Numbered from the stretch's first letter, positions 1-9,731 are shown. The stretch: DNA of 64,000 nt from Defluviitaleaceae bacterium (GCA_009781725.1 WQVF01000005.1:4845-68844); one strand, 5' to 3'. Notes: a model not told the origin generated them from the letters alone. Translations and numbers: made by a program.

Positions 1-191
1 GTATAGCCCGGGATATATATGAAGAAATGTTTTTCGGTGAGATTGATATCGAGTGAGTCTAATCAGGGATACTGCTACCTGTGTCTCATGCCTCAACTCT
101 CGCGTACCCATCCATCATCCCTAATCGTAACCGCAGCATGGATACGAGTATATATCAACGATATCTACATAAAAATTTGGTATAAAAAAAA

Positions 192-252
192 CTGTCTCGT
201 TAAGAATTCAGCAGACATCAGCTTTGCCATCCCGCGCTTGACACGGAATCCC
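192..252. repeat. Degenerate partial copy of intergenic palindromic repeat family 1
   Basis: ctgtctcgttaagaattc resembles the ctgtcacgttaagaatgc outer arm seen at 28214 and, reversed, at 54637-54655. It is followed by gccatcccgcgcttgacacggaatccc, which matches the GTCATCCCGCGCTTGACGCGGGATCCCC arm at 44938-44965. Confidence 0.4.
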
Positions 253-836
253 TAAACCTATGAATAATTATGCACATGCCTCGTCAACATAAAAGCATTG
301 AGGAGCGAAGCGACGAAGCAATCCAGCAAACCAAACCTTTTGGATTGCTTCGCTTTGCTCGCAATGACAGACTTTGCATAGATATTCATGGTGTTTGCAA
401 AGCAAACATACTGACGGCCAGCAAACGAAGTTTGCGAGAGGGAGTGGTCTCAGCTTGGCAACATTCTACATTTTGGATTGTAAATTAGACTGACGTGGCG
501 TTGGGTGAATTAAACCTTGCTTTTTAGCAAAATATGCTATAAAATCAAACAAGAAAGGTCAGCGGCAGGGAATATCCATTGCTAATGAAATAAGAGTGAA
601 ATAAAAGGAACTGCGGAACCATGGGGCTACCAAACACCCATGGCGCATGAAGGGATAAGGAAGCATCGCCTTCAAACACAGGTATACACCTGCTACCGCA
701 GCACATAGAGTATACAATATTACTCCCACCCTCACAAGCAAGCCTATTCATAATTAATGGCAGCTAATATTGTTGTACCCGGTGCATGATACGGCAGTTT
801 TGTATTTGTATTATCTGTAAATAGCTGAAACTAACA

Positions 837-892
837 GCGCGAAGGTGATGACGGTGTGCGTACGCACGACGTCTCCCTTCGCGCTTTTTCTT
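837..892 (+). terminator. Rho-independent terminator-like hairpin (possibly a leader attenuator of the following gene)
   Basis: GCGCGAAGG (837-845) pairs with CCTTCGCGC (876-884). The stem encloses the palindrome GTGCGTACGCAC and is followed by TTTTT (885-889). The reverse strand has no comparable T-run. Confidence 0.55.
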
Positions 893-933
893 GTCGCTGT
901 CCTTTACTACCAAACGTAAGGGAGCATAAGACA

Positions 934-1197
934 ATGAAGATTTCACATTCACACAAAATTGATGCACTAAACAGGGTACTCATTCCAAAAGAGCTACTGC
1001 GAAAACTAGGATGGAAAAGAGGTGATACCCTCTCCCTTTGCTATGACGAGGCGGCAGTCAAAACATTGTCCCTGCACCTACTAGCAGAGTATACAGAGCC
1101 AAAATGCTTCTATTGCAAAAGGGTAGATATAGAAATCACCATTAATCGCAAAGCTGTCTGCGCAGATTGCCTGGAAAAGGCTCTGGAAAAGTTGTAA
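934..1197 (+). CDS. AbrB/MazE/SpoVT-family DNA-binding protein with a C-terminal CxxC...CxxC zinc-ribbon-like tail
   Basis: The ATG at 934 is preceded by AGGGAG. The N-terminus, KIDALNRVLIPKELLRKLGWKRGDTLSL, fits the SpoVT/AbrB swapped-hairpin signature. The C-terminus has CFYC...CADC. The longer track ORF from 856 runs through the terminator hairpin. Confidence 0.6.
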   Translation: MKISHSHKIDALNRVLIPKELLRKLGWKRGDTLSLCYDEAAVKTLSLHLLAEYTEPKCFYCKRVDIEITINRKAVCADCLEKALEKL

Positions 1198-1213
1198 AAC
1201 CGGTAAAAACAAA

Positions 1214-1299
1214 CACCCCGTCATCCCGGCCTTGAGCCGGAATCCCCTGTGCTAGCCGGAAGACTAAGGGGCCCCAACTCAAGTCCGGGGTGACGGGGT
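1214..1299. repeat. Intergenic palindromic repeat family 1 (MITE/REP-like), full core copy
   Basis: CCCCGTCATCCCGGCCTTGAGCCGGAATCCCC, then a ~22-nt centre containing ...GAAGACTAAGG, then GGCCCCAACTCAAGTCCGGGGTGACGGGG. The termini are mutually complementary. It lies between convergent genes. Confidence 0.75.
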
Positions 1300-1309
1300 T
1301 TATGAATCC

Positions 1310-3364
1310 TTATTTACATAAATTCACCAACATAAAGGCATAGCAATCCGCTGCTTCGTCTATTATTTTGCTGATTGGCTTGCCATGGCCGTGGCCAGCG
1401 GATTTTTCTATTCTAATGAAAATTGGGTTATCTCCCCCATCTGCGGCTTGGAGCGTGGCCATAAACTTCCGGGCTTGGCTTGGTACAACCCTATCATCAG
1501 TATCTGCTGTCATTACCAAGGTTGCTGGGTAGACCGTGTTCATTTTCACATTATGCAGGGGTGAATATTTGTATATAAACGCAAATTCCTCCGAATTATC
1601 GGAGCAGCCATACTCTCCAACCCAAAAACGCCCTGCTGTAAAGCGATGATATCTGAGCATATCCAGCACAGGCACCGCTACAATTACCGCGCCAAAAAGG
1701 TCAGGACGCTGGGTAACGCAAGCCCCTGTAAGAAGCCCGCCGTTGGAACCGCCTCTGATAGCCAGCTTCCCGGAGGATGTAATCTTGCGCGCAATCAGAT
1801 GCTCTCCCGCAGCTATAAAATCATCGAATACATTTTGCTTACTTTCCAGCATCCCTGCACGATGCCAAGCTTCGCCGTATTCCGCACCGCCTCGCAAACA
1901 GGCGTCTACATAAACACCGCCTTTTTCCAACCATGCCAGCCGCTGGGGCGAGAAAGTGGGCGTAATGCTGATATTAAACCCGCCATAACCATATAACAAT
2001 GTAGGATGACTGCCATCTAAGGCAAGGCCTTTGCGCCGGGTGATAAACAAGGGCACCTGGGTCCCGTCCTTGGATGTGGCAAATTCCTGCACGGTCTCGT
2101 ATTCCCCAAATGGAAAGTCAATTTTGGGAGCAAACCATGTACTTGGCGCATTGCCGGAGAAATCGTAGCGCAATACCGTATCCGGATACAGATATCCGCA
2201 AATCTGAATAAAGAACTCCTCCCGGCGCTGCTTACAGGAAAGCCCCACAATAGAAGCCATTGCAGGCAGCTCGATATCCCTTACATATTTTCCAGTCAAG
2301 TCGTATAGCTTTAACTGATGAGTCGCATGATGAAGGAATGCGCACATTAGATGGTTATTGACCATGACTGTATATTCCAGCATTTCACCTTGGTCCGGAA
2401 TAACGGTTTGCCAGTCAGTGGCACCCTTTTCGGATAATTTAATGCTCACAACTTTGCCGAACGGGGCATTTTCTTGGGTAAATAAATATGCTTTGTCATC
2501 AGCTACACCAATCAAATCATAGCCTTCGTCAAAGGTATCGGCAATGGGTAGCCATGGGCTTTCCAGATTGGCCAAAGGCTTGTAAAAAAGCTTGTTCTTG
2601 AACAGAGTGCTATAGCTTACGCTCATAAACAACCACTTTTTATCTTCATCCGTATGGAGATAAAAACCCCAGTCAGGATTGGCTGGGTCCTTGTGGATAA
2701 GAGTATCCTGGCTTTGTTCCTGCCCTAAGAGATGCATATAGGCCATTGCATTGCGGGAATCTGCTTTAAGCACGGTATCCACATCGGGCTCCGGATATCG
2801 TGTATAGAAAAACCCACTACTGTCCGGGAGCCACGAAAAGCCACTGTATCTCATGAACTTTAAGGTATCGGTCAAGTCTTGCTTAGTTGCAAGGTCAAGC
2901 ACCTTACCCACCTTCCAGTCACTTCCACTGGCAGACAGACTATAGGCAAGATATTTTCCGTCTGGACTGAAAGAATAAGAGCTAACTGCAACAGTACCGT
3001 CATCACTCAGTTTATTGGGATCGAAAACTACTTCGCCAATCTCATCCAATTTGGATGAACCATAAAGTACAGACTGGTTTTGCAAGCCATCGTTACGCCA
3101 GGCGTAGTATACTCCCGACTCATATCGCGGTACTGTACAGCGAGGATACTTGATTAGCTCCGATAGTCGAGTTTTTAGCTCGTCGCGGATACTATGTTCG
3201 CCAATGTAATCTTGAAATGCATTGTTTTGCTCATCCATCCACTGCTGCACTTCCGGGGCAGTGTCATCCTCCAGCCAACGGTAGGGGTCGGCTACTGGTG
3301 TGCCGTGGTAGTTGTCGATAACAAGCTCCCGGCGTGTGATTGGTCGTTTTGTCATTTGTTTCAT
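1310..3364 (-). CDS. Prolyl oligopeptidase (S9A family serine peptidase)
   Basis: 684 aa. N-terminal DPYRWLED motif, a beta-propeller-length middle, and a C-terminal alpha/beta hydrolase with GGSNGGLL (nucleophile Ser) and downstream D and H (GHGHG). Confidence 0.9.
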   Translation of the reverse strand: MKQMTKRPITRRELVIDNYHGTPVADPYRWLEDDTAPEVQQWMDEQNNAFQDYIGEHSIRDELKTRLSELIKYPRCTVPRYESGVYYAWRNDGLQNQSVLYGSSKLDEIGEVVFDPNKLSDDGTVAVSSYSFSPDGKYLAYSLSASGSDWKVGKVLDLATKQDLTDTLKFMRYSGFSWLPDSSGFFYTRYPEPDVDTVLKADSRNAMAYMHLLGQEQSQDTLIHKDPANPDWGFYLHTDEDKKWLFMSVSYSTLFKNKLFYKPLANLESPWLPIADTFDEGYDLIGVADDKAYLFTQENAPFGKVVSIKLSEKGATDWQTVIPDQGEMLEYTVMVNNHLMCAFLHHATHQLKLYDLTGKYVRDIELPAMASIVGLSCKQRREEFFIQICGYLYPDTVLRYDFSGNAPSTWFAPKIDFPFGEYETVQEFATSKDGTQVPLFITRRKGLALDGSHPTLLYGYGGFNISITPTFSPQRLAWLEKGGVYVDACLRGGAEYGEAWHRAGMLESKQNVFDDFIAAGEHLIARKITSSGKLAIRGGSNGGLLTGACVTQRPDLFGAVIVAVPVLDMLRYHRFTAGRFWVGEYGCSDNSEEFAFIYKYSPLHNVKMNTVYPATLVMTADTDDRVVPSQARKFMATLQAADGGDNPIFIRIEKSAGHGHGKPISKIIDEAADCYAFMLVNLCK

Positions 3365-3388
3365 CTCCTTATCTGAGCACTTCGAGTA

Positions 3389-3407
3389 GGGGCGGCTACG
3401 CCGCCCC
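3389..3407. other. GC-rich hairpin between purC and the peptidase gene (weak terminator or RNA-stabilising stem)
   Basis: GGGGCGGC-tac-GCCGCCCC. There is no clear U-tract on the minus strand, so terminator function is uncertain. Confidence 0.3.
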
Positions 3408-3417
3408 CCTGCACTCC

Positions 3418-4089
3418 TTAAAAATACTTAGCCAGCTCCATAGGCGGCACGGGCTTACCTTCTTTGTATACTCGCATTACTCCGGCGGAGAACTCGTCTA
3501 TAAGGATTACCTTTCCGCCGCTAATACCAAACTCATACTTGATATCATATAGTTCCAAGCCCTTGGCTGCAAGTTCTTCCGCTATCAGCTTGGTTATTTT
3601 TATGGTTAAATCCTTACAGGTTTCATATTCATTTTCAGTCATGATTTTTAGGGCCAATAGAGCGTCCTTATTTATCGGGGGGTCTTTTCGCTCGTCGTCC
3701 TTTATTGTAACTTCAACAACGGAATCAAGCTTTGCACCGTGACATATGTAGGCTCCGTATCGCCTAACAAAGCTTCCGTCTGCTCGTAAGCGACAGATAA
3801 ATTCTATTCCATTGCCAAAAGCTGCCCCAGGTAGTACCGTCATAGTGGCGGCATTAATATCACTTTCCACATAGTGGTTAGGGATACCTGCGCGGTTTAT
3901 TATCTCAAAAAAATATTTTGAAAGCCGCAGAGACTCCCGTCCCAGCCCCTCTATTTCCAAACCCACGGCATTTTCTCCCGGGTCGAAGACGCCATCCTTA
4001 CCTGTGGCGGAATCTTTGAATTTTAGGGTGTATGTGCCGTTAGAGTTTTCGTATACATCCTTGGTTTTGCCTCGGTAGATTAGGGTCAT
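3418..4089 (-). CDS. purC: Phosphoribosylaminoimidazole-succinocarboxamide (SAICAR) synthase
   Basis: 223 aa. The N-terminus, YRGKTKDVYE...LKFKDSATG, is typical of PurC. GGAGG RBS. Last gene of the pur operon. Confidence 0.9.
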   Translation of the reverse strand: MTLIYRGKTKDVYENSNGTYTLKFKDSATGKDGVFDPGENAVGLEIEGLGRESLRLSKYFFEIINRAGIPNHYVESDINAATMTVLPGAAFGNGIEFICRLRADGSFVRRYGAYICHGAKLDSVVEVTIKDDERKDPPINKDALLALKIMTENEYETCKDLTIKITKLIAEELAAKGLELYDIKYEFGISGGKVILIDEFSAGVMRVYKEGKPVPPMELAKYF

Positions 4090-4100
4090 TGAGAGCCTCC

Positions 4101-4760
4101 TTATTTTACGATACTCAGGGTAAAGCCATCGTAGCCTTTAGCCCCGACGGTCTGAAGTGCAGTGGATTCTAATTGCGCTGATTTCCCCATATCCTCAACG
4201 AATTGCCTTGAGCCTATTACCTTTGGGTCAGGATTTTTATCGTTGCACAACTCGCCATCCCGGATTACATTGTCCCCATAGATTACTGTGCCAGATTTGG
4301 AGAGTTGCAAAGATAGTCGCAGGTAATTGGGATTATTGGGTTTGTCTGCGTCTATGAAAATCATATCGAAGGGTTCGATTTTTTCAGCAATCATTGTGTT
4401 CATAATATCCAGTGCCGCACCTGTAATTATTTTGATCTTGCTTTGCAAACCTGCATATTCGATGTTTTGTTGAGCGACTTTTGCGTAGTGGGAGTCATAT
4501 TCCAGACTGATGACTATGCCATCATCAGGGATTGCCCTTGCCAGCCAGATTGTGCTGTATCCGCCTAAGGTACCCAGTTCGAGAACTCGCTTTGATTTTG
4601 TCATTTTGACCAAAAGGGATAAGAACTGGCCTTGAGTTGGTGAGACCTCCCAGTCTGGGAGATTGTTAGTGCGGCTGTTTGCCAAGGCCTGCTTTAGCGC
4701 GTCATCTTCGGATATTAGATGGTGGCTAAGGTATTCATCATTTTTTGTCCAGATTTCCAT
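4101..4760 (-). CDS. Class I SAM-dependent O-methyltransferase (family 3, caffeoyl-CoA OMT/YrrM-like)
   Basis: LELGTLGGYSTIWLA (SAM motif I), FDMIFIDADKPNNPNYL. GGAGG RBS. The start overlaps the purD 3' end by 23 nt. Confidence 0.85.
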   Translation of the reverse strand: MEIWTKNDEYLSHHLISEDDALKQALANSRTNNLPDWEVSPTQGQFLSLLVKMTKSKRVLELGTLGGYSTIWLARAIPDDGIVISLEYDSHYAKVAQQNIEYAGLQSKIKIITGAALDIMNTMIAEKIEPFDMIFIDADKPNNPNYLRLSLQLSKSGTVIYGDNVIRDGELCNDKNPDPKVIGSRQFVEDMGKSAQLESTALQTVGAKGYDGFTLSIVK

Positions 4761-6000
4761 TCCGGCCTCCTATATCGTTACGGTAGAACAGGTTATCACA
4801 TTTAATTTTTTCGATTTCACGATAAAGCTCATCCCGGGCGTTTTGGCCTTTTCTGGCTATAAGAAGCACCCGGCCGCCATTGGTGGTCAGGTTTCCATTG
4901 CTGCGGTTTGTGGCGAAGTGGAATACCAAGGTCTCAGGACTTAGGTTCTCCAAACCATATATGGGAGCACCGGTTTCGTACTTACCAGGATAGCCTTTGG
5001 AGGCCATTACAACACCTGTGATATGTTCTTTGCTCCAGGCTAAATCCGGAGTTTTATCGGCTAGGATGTCAGTTATCACGGTGTAAAGATCACTCTCCAG
5101 TAGCGGCAGCACCACCTCCGTTTCCGGGTCACCAAAACGAGCGTTGAACTCAATGACCTTGGGGCCTGTGTCAGTGGCAATCAACCCCGCGTAAAGAATC
5201 CCTGTGAATGGACAGCCTTCTTGCACCATCCCTTTTGCGGCTTTTTCTAGGATATCTCGACGGGCTGCCGTAAGCATTGCCTTACTGATTTGAGGGACAG
5301 GGCTATAGGCACCCATTCCACCAGTGTTGGGGCCGGTGTCTCCATCAAAAGCGCGTTTATGGTCTTGTGCTATGACCATAGGATATACCTTCTCGCTTTT
5401 TACGAAGGCCATATAGGAAAATTCCTCACCTTCCAAAAATTCTTCGATTACAACGGTTTTTCCGGCTTCACCGAAGCGGATGTTTTGCATCATGTCTTTA
5501 AGGGCCTGGTCGGCTTCTTCCAAAGAATCTGTGATGACAACCCCTTTGCCTTCTGCCAGACCATCGGCTTTTAATACGAAGGGTGGGGTTTGAGTTTTGA
5601 GATAGGCCTTGGCTGCGGGATAATCAGAAAATGTGGCGTGAGCTGCTGTGGGGATATCGTATTTTTCCATTAGGTCTTTTGCGAAAGATTTACTGCCCTC
5701 AATCATCGCGGCATCCCGCGTCGGCCCGAAGATGGCAAGGCCCTCTTTTTGGAAGTGGTCAACAATGCCAGCAGCAAGAATTGCTTCCGGGCCGGGGATT
5801 GTGAGGCTTATGCCCTCAGTTTTTACGAAAGCAGCCAAGGCCGTAAAATCCATTTGGCTGATGGGTACCCTGGTTGCGATATCTTCCATCCCAGCATTGC
5901 CTGGGGCTACATATACTTTGCTTACTTTAGGGGACTGAGATATTTTCCACGCAATGGCGTGCTCACGGCCGCCGGAGCCTACTACCAGTACTTTGTGCAT
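4738..6000 (-). CDS. purD: Phosphoribosylamine-glycine ligase
   Basis: 420 aa. MKVLVVGSGGREHAIAWK start and ATP-grasp core, colinear with PurD. Confidence 0.95.
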   Translation of the reverse strand: MHKVLVVGSGGREHAIAWKISQSPKVSKVYVAPGNAGMEDIATRVPISQMDFTALAAFVKTEGISLTIPGPEAILAAGIVDHFQKEGLAIFGPTRDAAMIEGSKSFAKDLMEKYDIPTAAHATFSDYPAAKAYLKTQTPPFVLKADGLAEGKGVVITDSLEEADQALKDMMQNIRFGEAGKTVVIEEFLEGEEFSYMAFVKSEKVYPMVIAQDHKRAFDGDTGPNTGGMGAYSPVPQISKAMLTAARRDILEKAAKGMVQEGCPFTGILYAGLIATDTGPKVIEFNARFGDPETEVVLPLLESDLYTVITDILADKTPDLAWSKEHITGVVMASKGYPGKYETGAPIYGLENLSPETLVFHFATNRSNGNLTTNGGRVLLIARKGQNARDELYREIEKIKCDNLFYRNDIGGRNGNLDKK

Positions 6001-6010
6001 GAGTTCCTCC

Positions 6011-7522
6011 CTAATGTTTAAAATGCCGTACTCCGGTAAATATCATGGCGATTCCATGTCTATCACAGGCATCGATTGAGTCCTGGTCACGTAAACTGCC
6101 GCCTGTTTGTATGATTGTGGATATGCCTGCCTTTGCAGCTTCTTCTACTGTGTCCGGCATTGGGAACATTGCATCTGAAGCCAGCACTGCGCCTTTTGCT
6201 CTCTCCCCTGCCCCAGCTAAGGCAATTTTGGCGGCTCCTACCCGGTTGGTTTGGCCAGGGCCTATGCCTAGGGTCATGTTTTCTTTTGCGATTAGTATGC
6301 CGTTGGACTTAATATACTTGACTACCGTCCAGGCAAATCTTGCAGTTTTTAATTCAGCTTCTGTAGGTTTTTTTATTGTAGGGAAGGTGAGATTGGCGTT
6401 TTCGAAAGTATAATGGTCTTTTTCTTGAACCAGTAAACCGCCAGCTATTGAGACCACTTGTTGGCCTGTTACGGTTGATGATGGGGCTACCTGCAACAAG
6501 CGTAAGTTTTTCTTTTTCATCAAAATTTTAAGAGCATCGTCGGAAAAGCTTGGGGCTATTATTATTTCCAGGAAGATTTCGTTCATTTTCCTGGCACAAT
6601 ATTCATCCACTTCCCGGTTAAATGCCACAACCCCGCCGAAAATCGAAAGAGGGTCGGCTTCATATGCCCGGTCGTAGGCTTGGGCAATGTTTTCGCCTAT
6701 TCCTACACCACAGGGGCAGTAGTGCTTTATCGCTACAACTGCTGGGGTGTCAAACTCCCGTACCAAGGATAGGGCCGCGTCAGCGTCACCAATGTTGATA
6801 TAGGACAGCTCCTTTCCGTGGAGCTGTTTGGCCGTTAGTATGGAGCTTGTGGGGATAAAATCACTGTAAAGCGCAGCTTGCTGATGGGGATTTTCACCGT
6901 AGCGTAGGGTCTGTTTTTTCTCGTAAGTGAGGGTTAGATTTTCTGGATGGAGCTCCTTGGTGAAATAACTGGCGATTAGTGCATCGTAAGCGGCGGTATG
7001 GCGGAAGGCTTTGGCCATTAGAGATTTTTTCGTGTCAAGGCTTACCTCGCCAATGGATAATTCATTTAAAAGCCCATCATAATCCGCTGGGTCTACTACC
7101 ACCGCCACATGGGCGTGATTTTTTGCGGCAGAGCGAATCATTGCTGGGCCGCCTATATCTATGTTTTCCACAGCTTCTGCATATGTTACATCGGATTTTT
7201 GGATTGTGGTTTTGAATGGATAGAGGTTTACGGCTACTATATCAATTGTGTTGATGTCCAAACTCTCCAAGGTTGCCATATGAGATGGATTGTCCCGGAC
7301 AGCCAAAATGCCGCCATGTATGGCAGGATGTAGGGTTTTAACCCGGCCATCTAGGGCCTCGGGAAAGCCGGTGATTTCCGAAATCTGTATGGCACCATGG
7401 GGTTTTAGTAGCTCGTATGTGCCGCCTGTTGAGATAATTTCATAGCCTTGGGCGATTAGGCCCTTTGCAAAGGCCTCGATGCCGTTTTTGTCTGATACGC
7501 TTATTAGTGCTCGTTTTTTCAT
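6011..7522 (-). CDS. purH: Bifunctional AICAR transformylase / IMP cyclohydrolase
   Basis: 503 aa. N-terminal MGS-like domain (KRALISVSDK...GGT) and C-terminal AICARFT domain ending in FTGVRHFKH. Confidence 0.95.
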   Translation of the reverse strand: MKKRALISVSDKNGIEAFAKGLIAQGYEIISTGGTYELLKPHGAIQISEITGFPEALDGRVKTLHPAIHGGILAVRDNPSHMATLESLDINTIDIVAVNLYPFKTTIQKSDVTYAEAVENIDIGGPAMIRSAAKNHAHVAVVVDPADYDGLLNELSIGEVSLDTKKSLMAKAFRHTAAYDALIASYFTKELHPENLTLTYEKKQTLRYGENPHQQAALYSDFIPTSSILTAKQLHGKELSYINIGDADAALSLVREFDTPAVVAIKHYCPCGVGIGENIAQAYDRAYEADPLSIFGGVVAFNREVDEYCARKMNEIFLEIIIAPSFSDDALKILMKKKNLRLLQVAPSSTVTGQQVVSIAGGLLVQEKDHYTFENANLTFPTIKKPTEAELKTARFAWTVVKYIKSNGILIAKENMTLGIGPGQTNRVGAAKIALAGAGERAKGAVLASDAMFPMPDTVEEAAKAGISTIIQTGGSLRDQDSIDACDRHGIAMIFTGVRHFKH

Positions 7523-7534
7523 GATTTCTCCTTT

Positions 7535-9706
7535 CTACAAGTCTCGCTTGGTGGGTACAGGAACTGGGCCAAAATATGCCTCTATTTGCCGTAGATTTGC
7601 TCTTTTTATTATGCTACGGTTTTGCCAGGGTTCGTCGATATATTGCCAATAGTAGGCCACCAGCCGCCAGCGGATATCTGCTCGCAAACTATCGTTGCCG
7701 GTCAGATGGTAGATTTCTATTAGGCTACTTGCATTATCCGCATCCCAAAAATGGTCCCGCATAGTGAAGTGATATTCATTACTATTCCGATACAAATGGG
7801 CATTGAGCCTGCCGGATAAAAATCCCGACCCGGACACATTGGCCAGCACCAGAAACACCATCCCGATAATCAAATATGTTCGCATTACATCAAATTTTTC
7901 TTTGAAAAGGGCAATCAGAGTCACCATGCAAAGTAGCACCGACATTACCAGAAAAGTGATAACAGACATCCTAAGAGGAGTAAATCCAAAAACCCTCATA
8001 TACATATTCATTCTATAAAAAGAAGAAGCAATCAACATCCCGGTGAATAGCGTCAACAAAGTGAGCATCAACCGGACAGCTCCCACACGGGCGTGATGAG
8101 AAAAGACCTGTATAAAGATGATAATTACTGAAAAATTTATGACAATAATAAACAATAGCTGAAAGAATCCCTGACGGGCATAATCCGCAAATACAATATC
8201 CCCAGGCAAAGTGCCGAAACCACCCATAAAAAGATAGGCAAGCTGGATATAACAAAAAGCCAGAAACAGCAGATTGATGGCTGACAAAAAGGCCAATGCA
8301 ATGATTTTATCTAAGTTGAAGGGTTTAAAAGTCGCATCACTTGGGGCCATAAATTTGGCCTTATACACATATCCCGCAGCAAAAACCGAGGCAATTACCG
8401 TTACGATTATATGGCCAAAAAACCGTGCAAAGTCAAAATCCCCATCACCTTCGAAGAAATCCCGCAAAATTGTGGCAAAAACCTGGTCAGCACTTATCAT
8501 CAGGGCCATGATTATAGCAAGTAAGGGCAGGGCAATGGCAATGCCAAGAAGAAACCGCATGGCCGGGTGGTTTTTTGTGAGTTTATAGTTCTTGGAGGTG
8601 TCCATGACCAGGCAAATCCCCGCTGTCAAATGACCTCGGATAACCTTAGCAATATTTACCCAAAATGAAAGAGCCCCAAAGGGGTATTTTGCCCCATGGA
8701 TGGCTCCGTAGATAATAAATGCAAACAGCACCCATACCGCAACAACATTGATATAGGTAAAGGCCGAACGGCCAAAGACCAAATTAAAGCAGGCAAGAAT
8801 CATAAGGGGAATACCCCATAGGAAAGCCCGTGGATGTCGAATCCAACCAAGCCGCCGAAGCAATACATACAACAGAATAAGTGTCACGCTGCAAAACACG
8901 AAAAAAGACAACTGGGGATATACTCGAATCCCGGTAAAACTTATGGTATATAGCAATGCGGTTATAAATGCGAAGAGAGCAAACGTCGGAGCCAAAGATT
9001 TATCTGTTTCCAATACAAATCTCTTTTGTGGAGAGATAACTCTTTGCCAATCCTCGACTACCGGTTGAACTTTGGTTTCTGTTGGGAGCTCTAATGGGGT
9101 AACGCTAACCAGGCGCCATTCGTCATTTTCAAATTTAAAATGAGCGACATCGCAGTTATTAAACCTTGGGGCTTGGGCGATTGCGGTTACAACTTCTGAT
9201 ATGGATGCATTGTTATTTTTTTCAGTAATACAGGCGTGAAAGACTCGCATTGTATAGGCATGGGTCAGTACAAAAACCTTGTTATGTGCGGTGCAATCCT
9301 CCAAGAATGAGCTCACTCTGGCTACCATATCCGGCAGGGTTTCGCCGTTTGGAGGCGGGATATAGTCCACGGGGCTTAACTGACGGCTTGCGGCAGTTTC
9401 TGGGAAGGCTTCTGCGCCTTCCTGATATTGCATCCCTTCCATGTCACCCAGGCCAATTTCCACCAGGCGGGGGTCGAGGATAGGTTTTACGCCGAGGGCA
9501 ATTTCCGCTGTATCAGATGCCCGTTTTGCGGTGCTGGAATATACCGCGTCAAAGGCACCCTTTCTTTTAATCGCCTCCAGGGTCTTGCCCAGGGCTTGAG
9601 CTTGCGCCCGACCGCGGGTGGTAAGTGGCGAGTCCTTGCCTTGACCTTGCATCCGGCCTTCTACATTGAATTGAGTCTCTCCATGACGCGCAATGTATAA
9701 GTCCAT
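7535..9706 (-). CDS. Fusion protein: N-terminal histidine phosphatase (phosphoglycerate-mutase superfamily) plus C-terminal polytopic membrane domain (DUF4153/DUF4173-like)
   Basis: N-terminal LYIARHGETQFN (RHG catalytic motif), SSTAKRASDTA and LTHAYTMR. From about aa 240 there are at least 10 hydrophobic segments. RBS GGGGGAG. Sits between the cyclase gene and purH. Confidence 0.7.
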   Translation of the reverse strand: MDLYIARHGETQFNVEGRMQGQGKDSPLTTRGRAQAQALGKTLEAIKRKGAFDAVYSSTAKRASDTAEIALGVKPILDPRLVEIGLGDMEGMQYQEGAEAFPETAASRQLSPVDYIPPPNGETLPDMVARVSSFLEDCTAHNKVFVLTHAYTMRVFHACITEKNNNASISEVVTAIAQAPRFNNCDVAHFKFENDEWRLVSVTPLELPTETKVQPVVEDWQRVISPQKRFVLETDKSLAPTFALFAFITALLYTISFTGIRVYPQLSFFVFCSVTLILLYVLLRRLGWIRHPRAFLWGIPLMILACFNLVFGRSAFTYINVVAVWVLFAFIIYGAIHGAKYPFGALSFWVNIAKVIRGHLTAGICLVMDTSKNYKLTKNHPAMRFLLGIAIALPLLAIIMALMISADQVFATILRDFFEGDGDFDFARFFGHIIVTVIASVFAAGYVYKAKFMAPSDATFKPFNLDKIIALAFLSAINLLFLAFCYIQLAYLFMGGFGTLPGDIVFADYARQGFFQLLFIIVINFSVIIIFIQVFSHHARVGAVRLMLTLLTLFTGMLIASSFYRMNMYMRVFGFTPLRMSVITFLVMSVLLCMVTLIALFKEKFDVMRTYLIIGMVFLVLANVSGSGFLSGRLNAHLYRNSNEYHFTMRDHFWDADNASSLIEIYHLTGNDSLRADIRWRLVAYYWQYIDEPWQNRSIIKRANLRQIEAYFGPVPVPTKRDL

Positions 9707-9731
9707 ATTTCTCCCCCTTTATATCGAAAAA

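Noticed and set aside
270-488. Track ORFs that traverse intergenic repeats: 270-488, 9567-9752, 45080-45301, 54516-54710 and 19117-19311.
   Set aside because: Their sequences are translations of palindromic repeat elements (peptides such as GLLRFARNDR, VIPDLIRDP, PPSKEGG). They have no RBS and sit in terminator or repeat positions.
545-967. Minus-strand ORFs 545-751, 559-741 and 764-967 as genes, and the region as tmRNA, RNase P, SRP or 6S RNA.
   Set aside because: The ORFs overlap each other, lack RBSs and are Cys/Leu-rich nonsense. I found none of the hallmark strings of these RNAs, such as GAGGAAAGUCC for RNase P or a tRNA-like 3' end for tmRNA. The region is reported only as an unexplained non-coding stretch.
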